DNA of 64,000 nucleotides. Origin: Candidatus Multivoradales bacterium. Its GTDB lineage: Bacteria; Acidobacteriota; Thermoanaerobaculia; Multivoradales; Multivoraceae. Shown piece by piece: positions 1 through 8,872 of this stretch. Where the stretch lies: assembly GCA_965223325.1 (NCBI GenBank), contig CBDCWI010000002.1, positions 3,744,001 to 3,808,000 of the forward strand, read 5' to 3'. Positions within the stretch are counted from its first letter, which is position 1; each line of letters opens with the position of its first letter. Made by a program: the position numbers and the translations under genes. The notes under the pieces were generated by a model. The model was not told where the DNA came from and did no database searches. It saw only the letters and a program-made list of their open reading frames with translations.

Positions 1-214
1 CGTGATCATCGTCACGTCGCTCTACCAGGACTTTGTGCCGTCGAGCTGGGCGAGCTACGCCCCGACTCTGGTCGAGTGGGCGACCCTGATCGGTAGCTTC
101 GGTCTGTTCTTCACCTGCTTCCTGCTGTTCTGCCGCTTCCTGCCGGTGATCGCCATGGCGGAGGTCAAGGGTGTATTACACGTCGGCCGTGAAGATGAGG
201 AGCACCACTCATGA
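1..214 (+). CDS. actC: Alternative complex III subunit ActC (NrfD/polysulfide reductase family), 3' fragment
   Basis: C-terminal [21 protein letters not shown]...[14 protein letters not shown] is typical of ActC; ATGA overlap with a DUF3341 gene; truncated by the window edge. Confidence 0.85.
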   Translation, partial: VIIVTSLYQDFVPSSWASYAPTLVEWATLIGSFGLFFTCFLLFCRFLPVIAMAEVKGVLHVGREDEEHHS

Positions 215-750
215 GTCGCCAATTGATCAGTGCGGTCTTCGACAACGAGTCGGATCTGCTCACCGCAGTGCGTGAACTGCGTTCGCGAGCCGTGCGCATT
301 GACGACGTCTTCACGCCCTACCCGGTACACGGTCTGGAGGACGCAGTGGGCCTCCGTCCGACGCGAATAGGCTGGGTCTGTGCAGTTCTCGGTCTCTCGG
401 GCGCCGCCTTTGCCTACCTCTTCCAGGAATGGACTTCGGTCGTCAGTTGGGATCTCAACGTTGGCGGCAAGCCGTTCGACTCGTGGCCGGCTTTCGTACC
501 GGTGATCTTCGAGGTCGGGGTGTTGTGCGGTGGCATCGGTTCGGTCCTGGCGCTCTTTTATCTTCTTGGCCTCTATCCGGGGAAGAAGGTCGAGCTGCCC
601 ACCGACCGGGTCACTGACGATCAATTCGTGGTCGTCGTAGACGCCTCGCAGGCCAACTTCAACAAAACCGAGGTGCTCCGAGTCCTCGCGCAGCACAATG
701 GGTTCGACGTTTTTGAGTCGATCGAGAAGAAGGCCAGGGAGGCGGCATGA
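211..750 (+). CDS. actD: Alternative complex III subunit ActD (DUF3341)
   Basis: [11 protein letters not shown] and [20 protein letters not shown] motifs; two TM helices; operon position. Confidence 0.9.
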   Translation: MSRQLISAVFDNESDLLTAVRELRSRAVRIDDVFTPYPVHGLEDAVGLRPTRIGWVCAVLGLSGAAFAYLFQEWTSVVSWDLNVGGKPFDSWPAFVPVIFEVGVLCGGIGSVLALFYLLGLYPGKKVELPTDRVTDDQFVVVVDASQANFNKTEVLRVLAQHNGFDVFESIEKKAREAA

Positions 751-1427
751 GCGGTCGCTTGATCAATACCGTCCTGATTGTTCTGTTCGTCGTGTTTCTG
801 GCGGCGAACCTTCTCCTCGGTCGTCGCGGCGAGGGCCGGCGCGGCTTCGAATTCCTTCCCACGATGGTGCACTCGGTGCCCTACGACGCCTACTCCGAGC
901 ACCCTCTACTGCCCGGTGGAATGGCGATGCAGGAGCCGCCCGAAGGTGTGATTGCCCGTGGCCGGATGCCTTTGCATTACGGTGCGAGCCCGGAAGAGGC
1001 GCTGCGCGCGGGTCGCGACCTCAAGAACCCGATTGCGCTGGCCAGCGCCGAGCAAGTGGAAGCCGATCTCGCCCGAGGTCAGCACCTCTTCGGCATCTAC
1101 TGCCTCCTTTGCCACGGTCCGGAGGGGCGCGGTGACGGAACTGTTGCACAACGCGGCTTTCCAGCTCCCCCGGCCTTCAACAGCGAGACCTCGGTAGCGC
1201 TCCGCGACGGCCAGATTTTCCACATCATCACCTTCGGCCAGAACAACATGCCCGGGCACAAGGCGCAGATCGATCCCATCGATCGCTGGCGCATTGTGCA
1301 GTATGTGCGTCAACTGCGCCTCAATCTGGCTCCCACAGGCGAGCCCTCGTCGCCCTCAGTAGCAGCGGAACCCCTGGTCGCAGTGACCGAAGATGATGCA
1401 GGCGACGCGATGGAGGTGCAGCAGTGA
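747..1427 (+). CDS. actE: Alternative complex III monoheme cytochrome c ActE
   Basis: Single CLLCH heme motif, PPEGVIARG, DGQIFHIITFGQNNMPG (Met axial ligand region); N-terminal TM anchor without an obvious lipobox. Confidence 0.88.
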   Translation: MSGRLINTVLIVLFVVFLAANLLLGRRGEGRRGFEFLPTMVHSVPYDAYSEHPLLPGGMAMQEPPEGVIARGRMPLHYGASPEEALRAGRDLKNPIALASAEQVEADLARGQHLFGIYCLLCHGPEGRGDGTVAQRGFPAPPAFNSETSVALRDGQIFHIITFGQNNMPGHKAQIDPIDRWRIVQYVRQLRLNLAPTGEPSSPSVAAEPLVAVTEDDAGDAMEVQQ

Positions 1428-2644
1428 CCGTGTCGACCGTCGATTCAATCTCAGAAGCCCGGCTCGACCTTCCCCCGGCGCTGGCGGCGTGGCTCCGCGT
1501 CCTCGCAATAGCCGGCGCGCTCTTGCTGGTTCTAGGAGCCTTCGCAGCTCCCGATCGTTTGTGGCCGAGCTTTCTGATCATGGGCTACTTCGTTTTCGGG
1601 ATCGGGGCCGGAGCGCTCTACTTCCTCGCGATGTTCCACGGCGCCAGTGGCGGCTGGGGAACGGTGTTCAAGCGCGTGCCCGAAGCGCTCTTGATTCTGG
1701 TGCCGGTCGGCGGTGGCTTGATTCTCGCGGGACTCGCTGGTGACTTCTTGATGGCGACGCTGTCTCAAGAGCCTCATCGCCTCTACCCCTGGATGGTGAC
1801 CAGCGAGGCCGCACACCACGGCCCCGAGGTCCACAGTTTCAAAGATGTCTGGCTACAGCCGATGTTCTTCTACGCCAGGGCGATCTTGATCATCGTGGGT
1901 GTTTCCTTGTTCGCCCGGTCGATTCGGATGCACTCGATCGAGCAGGATCGAGACGGTTCGACCGAGCACTCGGTGATCATCCGCCGGCGATCGATTCAGT
2001 TTCTGGTCTTCGGAACCCTCCTGTTGGCGTCGGCAGCCATCGACTGGTTCATGTCGCTCGAACCGGCCTGGTATTCGACGATGTACATCGTCTACCACTT
2101 TGCCGGCAACTTCGTGACCGCACTCGCCGTGGTGATTCTGATTCTCCTGGGACTGCGCGGCCTTGGCTTCATGCAGGGCTTCACTACGCATCACCTTCAC
2201 GACCTCGGCAAGCTCCTGTTCGGCATGTCCACCTTCTGGATGTACATCTGGTTCAGTCAGTTCATGCTGATCTGGTACACCAACATGCCCGAAGAGACGA
2301 TCTACTTCACCAACCGCCTCGGCGAGGGGCGCACCGCTTTTCTCGTCGCGCTACCGATCCTCATGTGGGTAATCCCGTTCTTTACCCTGCTCTCGCAGCG
2401 CGCCAAGAAATCGACCACCGTCATGAGTCGCATTTGCGTCGTGGTTCTGCTCGGGCACTGGCTCGACCTCTTCCTGATGGCAGGAGGGCAGGCGGCCAGC
2501 GGCGGCTTCGCGGTCGCAGAGGTTGGTGCCGGCCTCGCCGCGGTCGCGCTGGTTTTTCTGTTGCCCAGCAGGCAGCTGACCCGGGCGCCACTGGTCGCGA
2601 CCAAGGATCCCTATCTCAAAGAAAGCCTTCACCATCACGTCTGA
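1424..2644 (+). CDS. actF: Alternative complex III membrane subunit ActF
   Basis: About 10 TM helices; DWFMSLEPAWYST, HLHDLGKLLF, WMYIWFSQFMLIWYTNMPEE motifs. Confidence 0.9.
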   Translation: MTVSTVDSISEARLDLPPALAAWLRVLAIAGALLLVLGAFAAPDRLWPSFLIMGYFVFGIGAGALYFLAMFHGASGGWGTVFKRVPEALLILVPVGGGLILAGLAGDFLMATLSQEPHRLYPWMVTSEAAHHGPEVHSFKDVWLQPMFFYARAILIIVGVSLFARSIRMHSIEQDRDGSTEHSVIIRRRSIQFLVFGTLLLASAAIDWFMSLEPAWYSTMYIVYHFAGNFVTALAVVILILLGLRGLGFMQGFTTHHLHDLGKLLFGMSTFWMYIWFSQFMLIWYTNMPEETIYFTNRLGEGRTAFLVALPILMWVIPFFTLLSQRAKKSTTVMSRICVVVLLGHWLDLFLMAGGQAASGGFAVAEVGAGLAAVALVFLLPSRQLTRAPLVATKDPYLKESLHHHV

Positions 2645-2720
2645 GCTCTGGTTCGGGCGATGATTCCACCGGGCGCGCATTCTCCTTGAGGCCTGCGAGC
2701 TCGGAAGCGAGATATAAACG

Positions 2721-4235
2721 ATGGAAGAGAAAGCTACCGTTGCTTCCCACAAAGCACTGACCCTCAACACCCTGGCGTTCACCGTCTGCTTCGGTGCCTG
2801 GATGCTCAACGGTGTCTTGGTGACCTTCCTGGTCGACAATCAGATCTTCGACTGGGGTCCGGTCAAGATCGGCTGGTTGATGGGTATTCCAGTCTTGACC
2901 GGCTCGGTTTTCCGGCTACCGGCCGGCATCCTCACCGACAAGTTCGGTGGCAAGCCCGTACTCGGTGCGCTGCTGGTCTTGTGTGCGATTCCAATGTATC
3001 TGCTGTCGTTTGCCAACAGCTACACGGACTTCGCGCTGGCCAGCTTCGGCTTCGGGTTTGCCGGCGTCAGCTTTGCCATCGGGATCGCCTACACTTCGGT
3101 GTGGTATCCGAAGCATCAACAGGGAACCGCGCTCGGCATCTTCGGAGCCGGTAACGCCGGCGCCGCACTGACCACTCTGTTTGCACCGACCGCCCTCGGC
3201 ATGCTTACCGACAACGGAGCCAACCTCGAAGGCTGGCGCAATCTACCGCGCATCTACGCTCTGATTCTCCTGGCCATGGGGATCATCTTCTTCCTGTTCA
3301 GCACCAACAAGAAGCCGGCGACCAGCGCTCGCACGTTGCCTCAGATGCTCAGCCCGCTGCGCGATATTCGCGTGTGGCGCTTCGGCCTCTACTACTTCTT
3401 GGTCTTTGGTTGTTTCGTGGCCTTCTCTCAGTGGCTGGTGCCCTACTTCGTGAACGTCTACTACCTGCCGCTGGTCACGGCTGGCATTTTCGCCGCGCTG
3501 TTCAGCTTTCCTTCCGGGGTCATACGAGCCCTCGGTGGTTGGATGTCTGACAAGTGGGGCGCGCGCCGTGTCATGTACTGGGTGCTCGGGTCGTCGGTCT
3601 TGATCAGCTTGATGCTCACCGTGCCGCGCATGGAGATCATGTCGCCGGGTCGCGGCATCATGGCCAAGCGCGCCGGTACCGTATCGGCAGTCTCGGGTAG
3701 CGAGATCACGGTCGATGGCGTCAACTACGCCTTGATCGACAAGAGCGGCGTGCCTAGCGAAGACGTACTCAACCAGGGCGTGATGTTCCTACCTCGCAAG
3801 GCCGTGTGGCAGGAGCCGGTAGTGACTGCGGGTGATGCGGTTGCCAAGAAGCAACTGCTCGCGAAAGGCGTGACGCGAATTTCCTTCCAGGCCAACGTCT
3901 GGGTGTTTGCCGTTCTGGTGATTCTGATCGGCAGCATCTGGGGGATCGGCAAGGCGGCGGTCTACAAACACATTCCGGACTACTTCCCCGAAGAGGTGGG
4001 TGTCGTCGGTGGCATGGTGGGTGTTCTCGGCGGACTCGGTGGGTTCTTCTGCCCGATCATCTTCGGCTATCTGCTGGAGGGCACCGGGTTGTGGACCAGT
4101 TGTTGGATGTTCATGCTCGCGCTTTCTGCCTTCTGCCTGATTTGGATGCACCGGGTCATCGAGCGCATGCTGCGCGAGCAGAGTCCAGATCTGATGCGGG
4201 AAATCGAACACCGCGAGGGCGCCGTAGCACCCTGA
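2721..4235 (+). CDS. narK: NarK/NasA-family nitrate/nitrite MFS transporter with an extra soluble insertion
   Basis: Nitrate signatures QGTALGIFGAGNAG and GVVGGMVGVLGGLGGF; conserved Arg in VFRLPAG and VIRALGGWMSDK; YFLVFGCFVAF. Confidence 0.9.
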   Translation: MEEKATVASHKALTLNTLAFTVCFGAWMLNGVLVTFLVDNQIFDWGPVKIGWLMGIPVLTGSVFRLPAGILTDKFGGKPVLGALLVLCAIPMYLLSFANSYTDFALASFGFGFAGVSFAIGIAYTSVWYPKHQQGTALGIFGAGNAGAALTTLFAPTALGMLTDNGANLEGWRNLPRIYALILLAMGIIFFLFSTNKKPATSARTLPQMLSPLRDIRVWRFGLYYFLVFGCFVAFSQWLVPYFVNVYYLPLVTAGIFAALFSFPSGVIRALGGWMSDKWGARRVMYWVLGSSVLISLMLTVPRMEIMSPGRGIMAKRAGTVSAVSGSEITVDGVNYALIDKSGVPSEDVLNQGVMFLPRKAVWQEPVVTAGDAVAKKQLLAKGVTRISFQANVWVFAVLVILIGSIWGIGKAAVYKHIPDYFPEEVGVVGGMVGVLGGLGGFFCPIIFGYLLEGTGLWTSCWMFMLALSAFCLIWMHRVIERMLREQSPDLMREIEHREGAVAP

Positions 4236-4263
4236 GAGTACCCACGCTGAGGATGACGAATCG

Positions 4264-6351
4264 ATGACGACGAAGCCGCTTCCTACCCAATCTCCGGCGA
4301 TTCTCGCCGAGCGGGGTTGGGCCTCGCGATTGGCGGCCGCAGTAGGCGCCTTTCTGCTCTTCGCAGGCCTTTCTGGGCTAGTGGTGTATCTGGTTCCCTT
4401 CTCGGAGGGAACCCAGATCGCGTTGCTGGTGCATGTCGTCCTTGGCCTGATTCTCGCCCTGCCGGTTCTGTTCTATGCCTGGGGACACATGCGCACCTGG
4501 ATGAAGCAGAGGGTCACCGCTTCGATGTTTCTGGGTTACGCGCTGCTGGTTGCCGTCCTGGTTGCGATCACTACCGGGTTCATCGGCACCGGCTTCGCCC
4601 TTTTCGCGAGCCGGCTTCCTCCGTTCGTCGACCTGGTCCATCTGGTCTCGGGCATTGCTGGGTTGGCCCTGGTAGCGAGCCACTTGGCGTCGGCGCTGTT
4701 GCGTCGGCTGCCGGCGGCCCGCCGCTCCACTCCGCTCAGCGGAGCCATGAGGAGCTTCGGGCGACGGACTGCGATTCTGGTGGGCGCCTTGGTATTGGCC
4801 GTCGGGCTGGCCTGGATTCTGTGGCCGCAGCACAACTACCGCTTCCCGGTTCCAGACGACTACTCCCTGCCGTCGTACGCGCAACAGTTCGAGGAGTATC
4901 GCGGCAACCCTTTCGCTCCCACCTTCGCACGCACCGTCGACTTCGAGATGGTCGAGCCGGCTCTTTTGGCGAACTCGGCGTCTTGCGGAACCAGCCGCTG
5001 CCATGAACAGATCCTTGCCGAGTGGCAGCCGAGTGCGCACCGCTTCTCGGCGATGAACCAGCCCTTCCAGGAGATTCAGAAGCGCTTTGCCGCCGACCGA
5101 GAGCCGGCCGAGACCCGCTACTGCGCCGGTTGTCACGACCCGATCTCGCTGTTCGCCGGAGCGAAAGATCTGCACCAGATGGACCTTTCGTCAGCGGGTG
5201 TCGACGAGGGGATCTCGTGCGCCAGCTGCCATTCGATTTCACAGGTCGACCAGCGCGGTAACGCCGACTATGTTCTGACCCCGCCCGAGAAGTATCTCTG
5301 GGAAGCGACCACCGGTTGGACCAAACTGGTTTCGGACTTCCTGGTTCGTGCCTATCCGCGCCAGCACCTCGCCGACTACGACCGCGCCCTCCTCCGCACG
5401 CCCGAGTTCTGTGCGACCTGCCACAAACAGTTCATTCCCGAAGCGCTCAACCGCTTTGGCATGGTGACCAGCCAGAACCAGTACGACGAATGGAAGAACG
5501 GCCGCTGGCATTCCGACGACCCCGAGGTCGATCTCTCCTGCCGCGACTGTCACATGCGTTTGGTTCCGTCGACCGATCCAGGCCGTGGTGAGGCCGGTGA
5601 TGTGCGGCGCTCCCCTTCCGATCGGTCGCACCGCCACCACGGAACGATTGCCACCAACAACTTCATGCCCGCAGTCCTCGACCTGCCGAACTGGCAAGAG
5701 CACGTACGCCTGACCAACGAGTGGATGCGGGGCGAGACCGTGTTGCCTGAGATAGCCGACATCTTCCCTCTAGGTCCGGTGTCGAGCGTCACCCTGGCCG
5801 CTCCCGACGAGGCCGCTCCCGGTGAGGAGATCGAGTTGCGGGTCGTGGTCTCGAATCGCAAGGCGGGGCACAACTTCATCACCGGCCCGCTGGACTTTGT
5901 GCGCTCCTGGGTCCACTTGCGACTCCGCGACGAGAGCGGAAACCTGATCGCCGAGTTCGGATCGATGGATCCGGTGACCCGCCGCATTCTCGATCGCGAA
6001 GACACGCCGCATGTGAGCGCCAACGCTCGAGACGAGGGGACGCTGGTTCTCGAGTCGATGCCCATCGACGAGGACGGTGAGATTCTTCGCCAGCACGAGT
6101 TGTGGCGCAAGGCTGGCGGTACCGGCAAACGCGTCATTTTCCCCGGTCACTCCGATTCCCAGCTCTACCGCGTGACGGTTCCCGAGACAGCCTCCGGCGA
6201 GATCACCATTGAAGCCGACTTGAACTATCGTCGCTACCGACAGGAGTTCCTCGAGTTGGTGGTGCCGGAGCTCGAAGAAACGAGCGGCGTGATTCAGCCG
6301 GTCGTTACGCAGAGTCACGCCGCCGCGACGCTTCTCGTGCGCGGTCCCTGA
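4264..6351 (+). CDS. Membrane-anchored multiheme cytochrome c (c554-like) with N-terminal His-bearing TM (cytochrome b-like) domain
   Basis: Five TM segments with four His (LLVHV, WGHM, LVHL, ASHL); heme motifs CAGCH, CASCH, CATCH, CRDCH plus atypical CGTSRCH; EWQPSAH; C-terminal NRKAGHNFITG region. Confidence 0.8.
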   Translation: MTTKPLPTQSPAILAERGWASRLAAAVGAFLLFAGLSGLVVYLVPFSEGTQIALLVHVVLGLILALPVLFYAWGHMRTWMKQRVTASMFLGYALLVAVLVAITTGFIGTGFALFASRLPPFVDLVHLVSGIAGLALVASHLASALLRRLPAARRSTPLSGAMRSFGRRTAILVGALVLAVGLAWILWPQHNYRFPVPDDYSLPSYAQQFEEYRGNPFAPTFARTVDFEMVEPALLANSASCGTSRCHEQILAEWQPSAHRFSAMNQPFQEIQKRFAADREPAETRYCAGCHDPISLFAGAKDLHQMDLSSAGVDEGISCASCHSISQVDQRGNADYVLTPPEKYLWEATTGWTKLVSDFLVRAYPRQHLADYDRALLRTPEFCATCHKQFIPEALNRFGMVTSQNQYDEWKNGRWHSDDPEVDLSCRDCHMRLVPSTDPGRGEAGDVRRSPSDRSHRHHGTIATNNFMPAVLDLPNWQEHVRLTNEWMRGETVLPEIADIFPLGPVSSVTLAAPDEAAPGEEIELRVVVSNRKAGHNFITGPLDFVRSWVHLRLRDESGNLIAEFGSMDPVTRRILDREDTPHVSANARDEGTLVLESMPIDEDGEILRQHELWRKAGGTGKRVIFPGHSDSQLYRVTVPETASGEITIEADLNYRRYRQEFLELVVPELEETSGVIQPVVTQSHAAATLLVRGP

Positions 6352-8139
6352 GTGGCAACCAAGAGAGAGCGTCGGCTGTGGACATCGGTCGTTCTGACCG
6401 TTCTGGGGGTCGCTGTCCTGGTGGCCCTGGGGCTCTTGCGATCGATGCGCGAAGACACCGACCTCGCCGACCCCGAGGCCTCGGTGACCACCGAGTTCCA
6501 GCATGCGACCTCGAGCGAAGCTCCCGAGCTCGCCTTTCGTGATGTGGCAGTCGAGCTCGGAGTCGACTTTCGTCACGGTCCGGGAAGGCGGACCCGATTG
6601 CTGCCCGAAGACACCGGTTCGGGAGTTGCCTGGGGAGACTACGACGGCGACGGGGACGACGATCTCTACCTGGTGAACTTCCCGAACCCCGAAGACCCGC
6701 TGGACCCGACGGGTAACAATCGGCTGTGGCGCAACGACGGCGGACGTTTCTACGACGTGACCGAGCGCGCTGGCGTGGCTGATCTGGGAGGTAACGGAAT
6801 GGGCGCCGGCTTTGCCGACTTCGACGGTGACTCCGATCTCGATCTGTTCGTCGCCAATTACGGTGCCGACAGGCTGTTCGAGAACCGTGGCGATGGCACC
6901 TTCCGCGACCTGGCCCCAGCGCTGGGGCTCGCCGGAGACGGTTGGTCGATCTCCCCTGTGTGGGGTGATGTCGATCGGGATGGGCGGCTCGACCTCTATG
7001 TGACGCGCTATGTGAAGTACGACGCCCCCGCTCCTGAGCCGGTAGCGACCGACCCCAATTGGGAGTCGGTTCCGTTCTCGCTCAACCCGAACTCGTTCGA
7101 CTCGCTGCCCAACCGCCTGTACCTGCAGCAGCCGGATGGCACTTTCGAAGAGTCGGCGCTCGTTCTGGGCGTGGCCAACGCGGGCGGGCGCACCCTGGGC
7201 GCAAGCTTTGTCGACGTCGATGGAGACGGCTGGCTCGATCTTTACGTTGCCAACGATGTGTCGCCCAATGCCCTGTTCAGGAACCTCGGTGGCGACGAGG
7301 GGTACCTGACCTTCGACGACTGGAGTGCGGTGACTGGCACTGCCGATGAGCGTGGATCGATGGGCATCTCGGTGGCCGATTTGTTCAGCTCGAGCGGTGG
7401 TCCCGACGGCCGACCCGACCTGTTCATCAGCCACTGGGTTGCGCAGGAGAACGCCCTCTATGTCTCGACTCTCACCGAGACCGGGAGGCTCGAGTACCGC
7501 GATCGCATTCGCCAGTACCGGTTGGGCGAGGTGTCCACCGATCGGGTGGGCTGGGGGACGGCGTTCGTCGACTTCGATCTCGACGGTCGCCTGGACATCG
7601 CAGTCGCCAATGGCAGCACCCTCGAGGTGAGACCCTCAGAGGAGCGGGCGCCGAAACTCGAGGCGCAACCCGCGTTTTTCTTCTGGAACGGTGGCGACCG
7701 TTTCTACGACGTGACGACGAGCGCCGGAGCCGACGCGGGTACGGCTCGCGTCGCACGAGGACTGGCCACCAGCGACTTCGACCTCGATGGTGACAGCGAC
7801 CTGGCGATTTCCGTCAACCGGGGAGCGTTCGTCTTGCTGCGCAACGAGAGCGAGCACGAGGCCGGCGCTTCGGGGGGGAGCTGGTTGGCCGTGCGCCTGG
7901 CGACGACAGACGCCTTGGCGATCGGGAGTCGTATCGAGGTCAGAACCGGTGAGACGCTGGACACCCGGTTCGTCGGCGCCGACGCCTCGTACGCTTCTCT
8001 TCACAGTCGAGAGCAGGTTTTCGGCCTGGGTGAAGACAGTCGCGCTACCGTGTCGATCAAGCTGGCCGGAAGTCCGAGCCTGCGGTTCCTGGAGGTGCCG
8101 GCAGGCCACCGTATGATCGTTCCAGTGCGCTCCCTCTAA
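6352..8139 (+). CDS. CRTAC1-family FG-GAP repeat / ASPIC-UnbV protein
   Basis: Repeated DYDGDGDDDLY, DFDGDSDLDLFVAN, DVDRDGRLDLYV Ca-binding loops; C-terminal AIGSRIEV...SYAS...FGLG ASPIC/UnbV motif; N-terminal TM anchor. Confidence 0.88.
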   Translation: MATKRERRLWTSVVLTVLGVAVLVALGLLRSMREDTDLADPEASVTTEFQHATSSEAPELAFRDVAVELGVDFRHGPGRRTRLLPEDTGSGVAWGDYDGDGDDDLYLVNFPNPEDPLDPTGNNRLWRNDGGRFYDVTERAGVADLGGNGMGAGFADFDGDSDLDLFVANYGADRLFENRGDGTFRDLAPALGLAGDGWSISPVWGDVDRDGRLDLYVTRYVKYDAPAPEPVATDPNWESVPFSLNPNSFDSLPNRLYLQQPDGTFEESALVLGVANAGGRTLGASFVDVDGDGWLDLYVANDVSPNALFRNLGGDEGYLTFDDWSAVTGTADERGSMGISVADLFSSSGGPDGRPDLFISHWVAQENALYVSTLTETGRLEYRDRIRQYRLGEVSTDRVGWGTAFVDFDLDGRLDIAVANGSTLEVRPSEERAPKLEAQPAFFFWNGGDRFYDVTTSAGADAGTARVARGLATSDFDLDGDSDLAISVNRGAFVLLRNESEHEAGASGGSWLAVRLATTDALAIGSRIEVRTGETLDTRFVGADASYASLHSREQVFGLGEDSRATVSIKLAGSPSLRFLEVPAGHRMIVPVRSL

Positions 8140-8262
8140 GCCCTGTTCGAGCGCCGGCGCGGTGGTCACCGCTTCTGGAACCAACGAAACGGGTCGTATT
8201 GATCGCATTGATAGGGTGGTGCCCGATCGACGAGGTACCAGCCAACAAGAGGAGAGCGTGCC

Positions 8263-8832
8263 ATGAAGTACACGGTTCCCGGCCCTACGAACACTCTGGT
8301 GACGATCGCTTTCGCGGCAATCGCGGTTCTGGCGCTGCCCGCCCTCTCGGCTGGCGGCTCTGATGCGACATCGACCAGCCACGACGCGCATTCGGCGTTC
8401 GAAGCCCTCAAGGCCATGGAGGGCACCTGGGTTGGCACCGTCCAGACGAATCGTTCGGACGAGCCCCGCGAAACCAAGATCACCTTCAAGGTCTCGGCCG
8501 GAGGTCACTCCGTCATTCAGACCTTCGCCCCCGGTAGCCCAATGGAGATGTTCTCGGTCTACCACATGGACGGTGACGAGCTCCTGATGACGCACTACTG
8601 CGCGATCGGAAACGCGCCGAAGATGAAGTTCGCCGCCTCCGACGAGGCGGGTGTCGTTGCCTTCGACTTCAACGGCGGCACCAACATGGATCCCGCCAAA
8701 GACGCTCACGCTCACGAGGGCACGATGCGGCTGCTCAGCCCGGATCGCTACGAGAGCCGATCCGTCGGTTTCGCCGACGGCGAGCCCTCGCTGGTGCAGA
8801 ACTTCAAGATGGAGCGCATCGCAGTCGACTGA
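8263..8832 (+). CDS. Secreted conserved hypothetical protein
   Basis: Signal peptide; RBS GAGGAG; AFEALKAMEGTW and MFSVYH...LMTHYCAIGNAP motifs. Confidence 0.75.
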   Translation: MKYTVPGPTNTLVTIAFAAIAVLALPALSAGGSDATSTSHDAHSAFEALKAMEGTWVGTVQTNRSDEPRETKITFKVSAGGHSVIQTFAPGSPMEMFSVYHMDGDELLMTHYCAIGNAPKMKFAASDEAGVVAFDFNGGTNMDPAKDAHAHEGTMRLLSPDRYESRSVGFADGEPSLVQNFKMERIAVD

Positions 8833-8872
8833 ACGGGGCCCCGAGCTCGCCCAAGCAAGTGGAGGACCTTGG

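Noticed and set aside
8198-8213. FNR box (TTGATCGCATTGAT)
   Set aside because: The second half is a direct repeat TTGAT rather than ATCAA.
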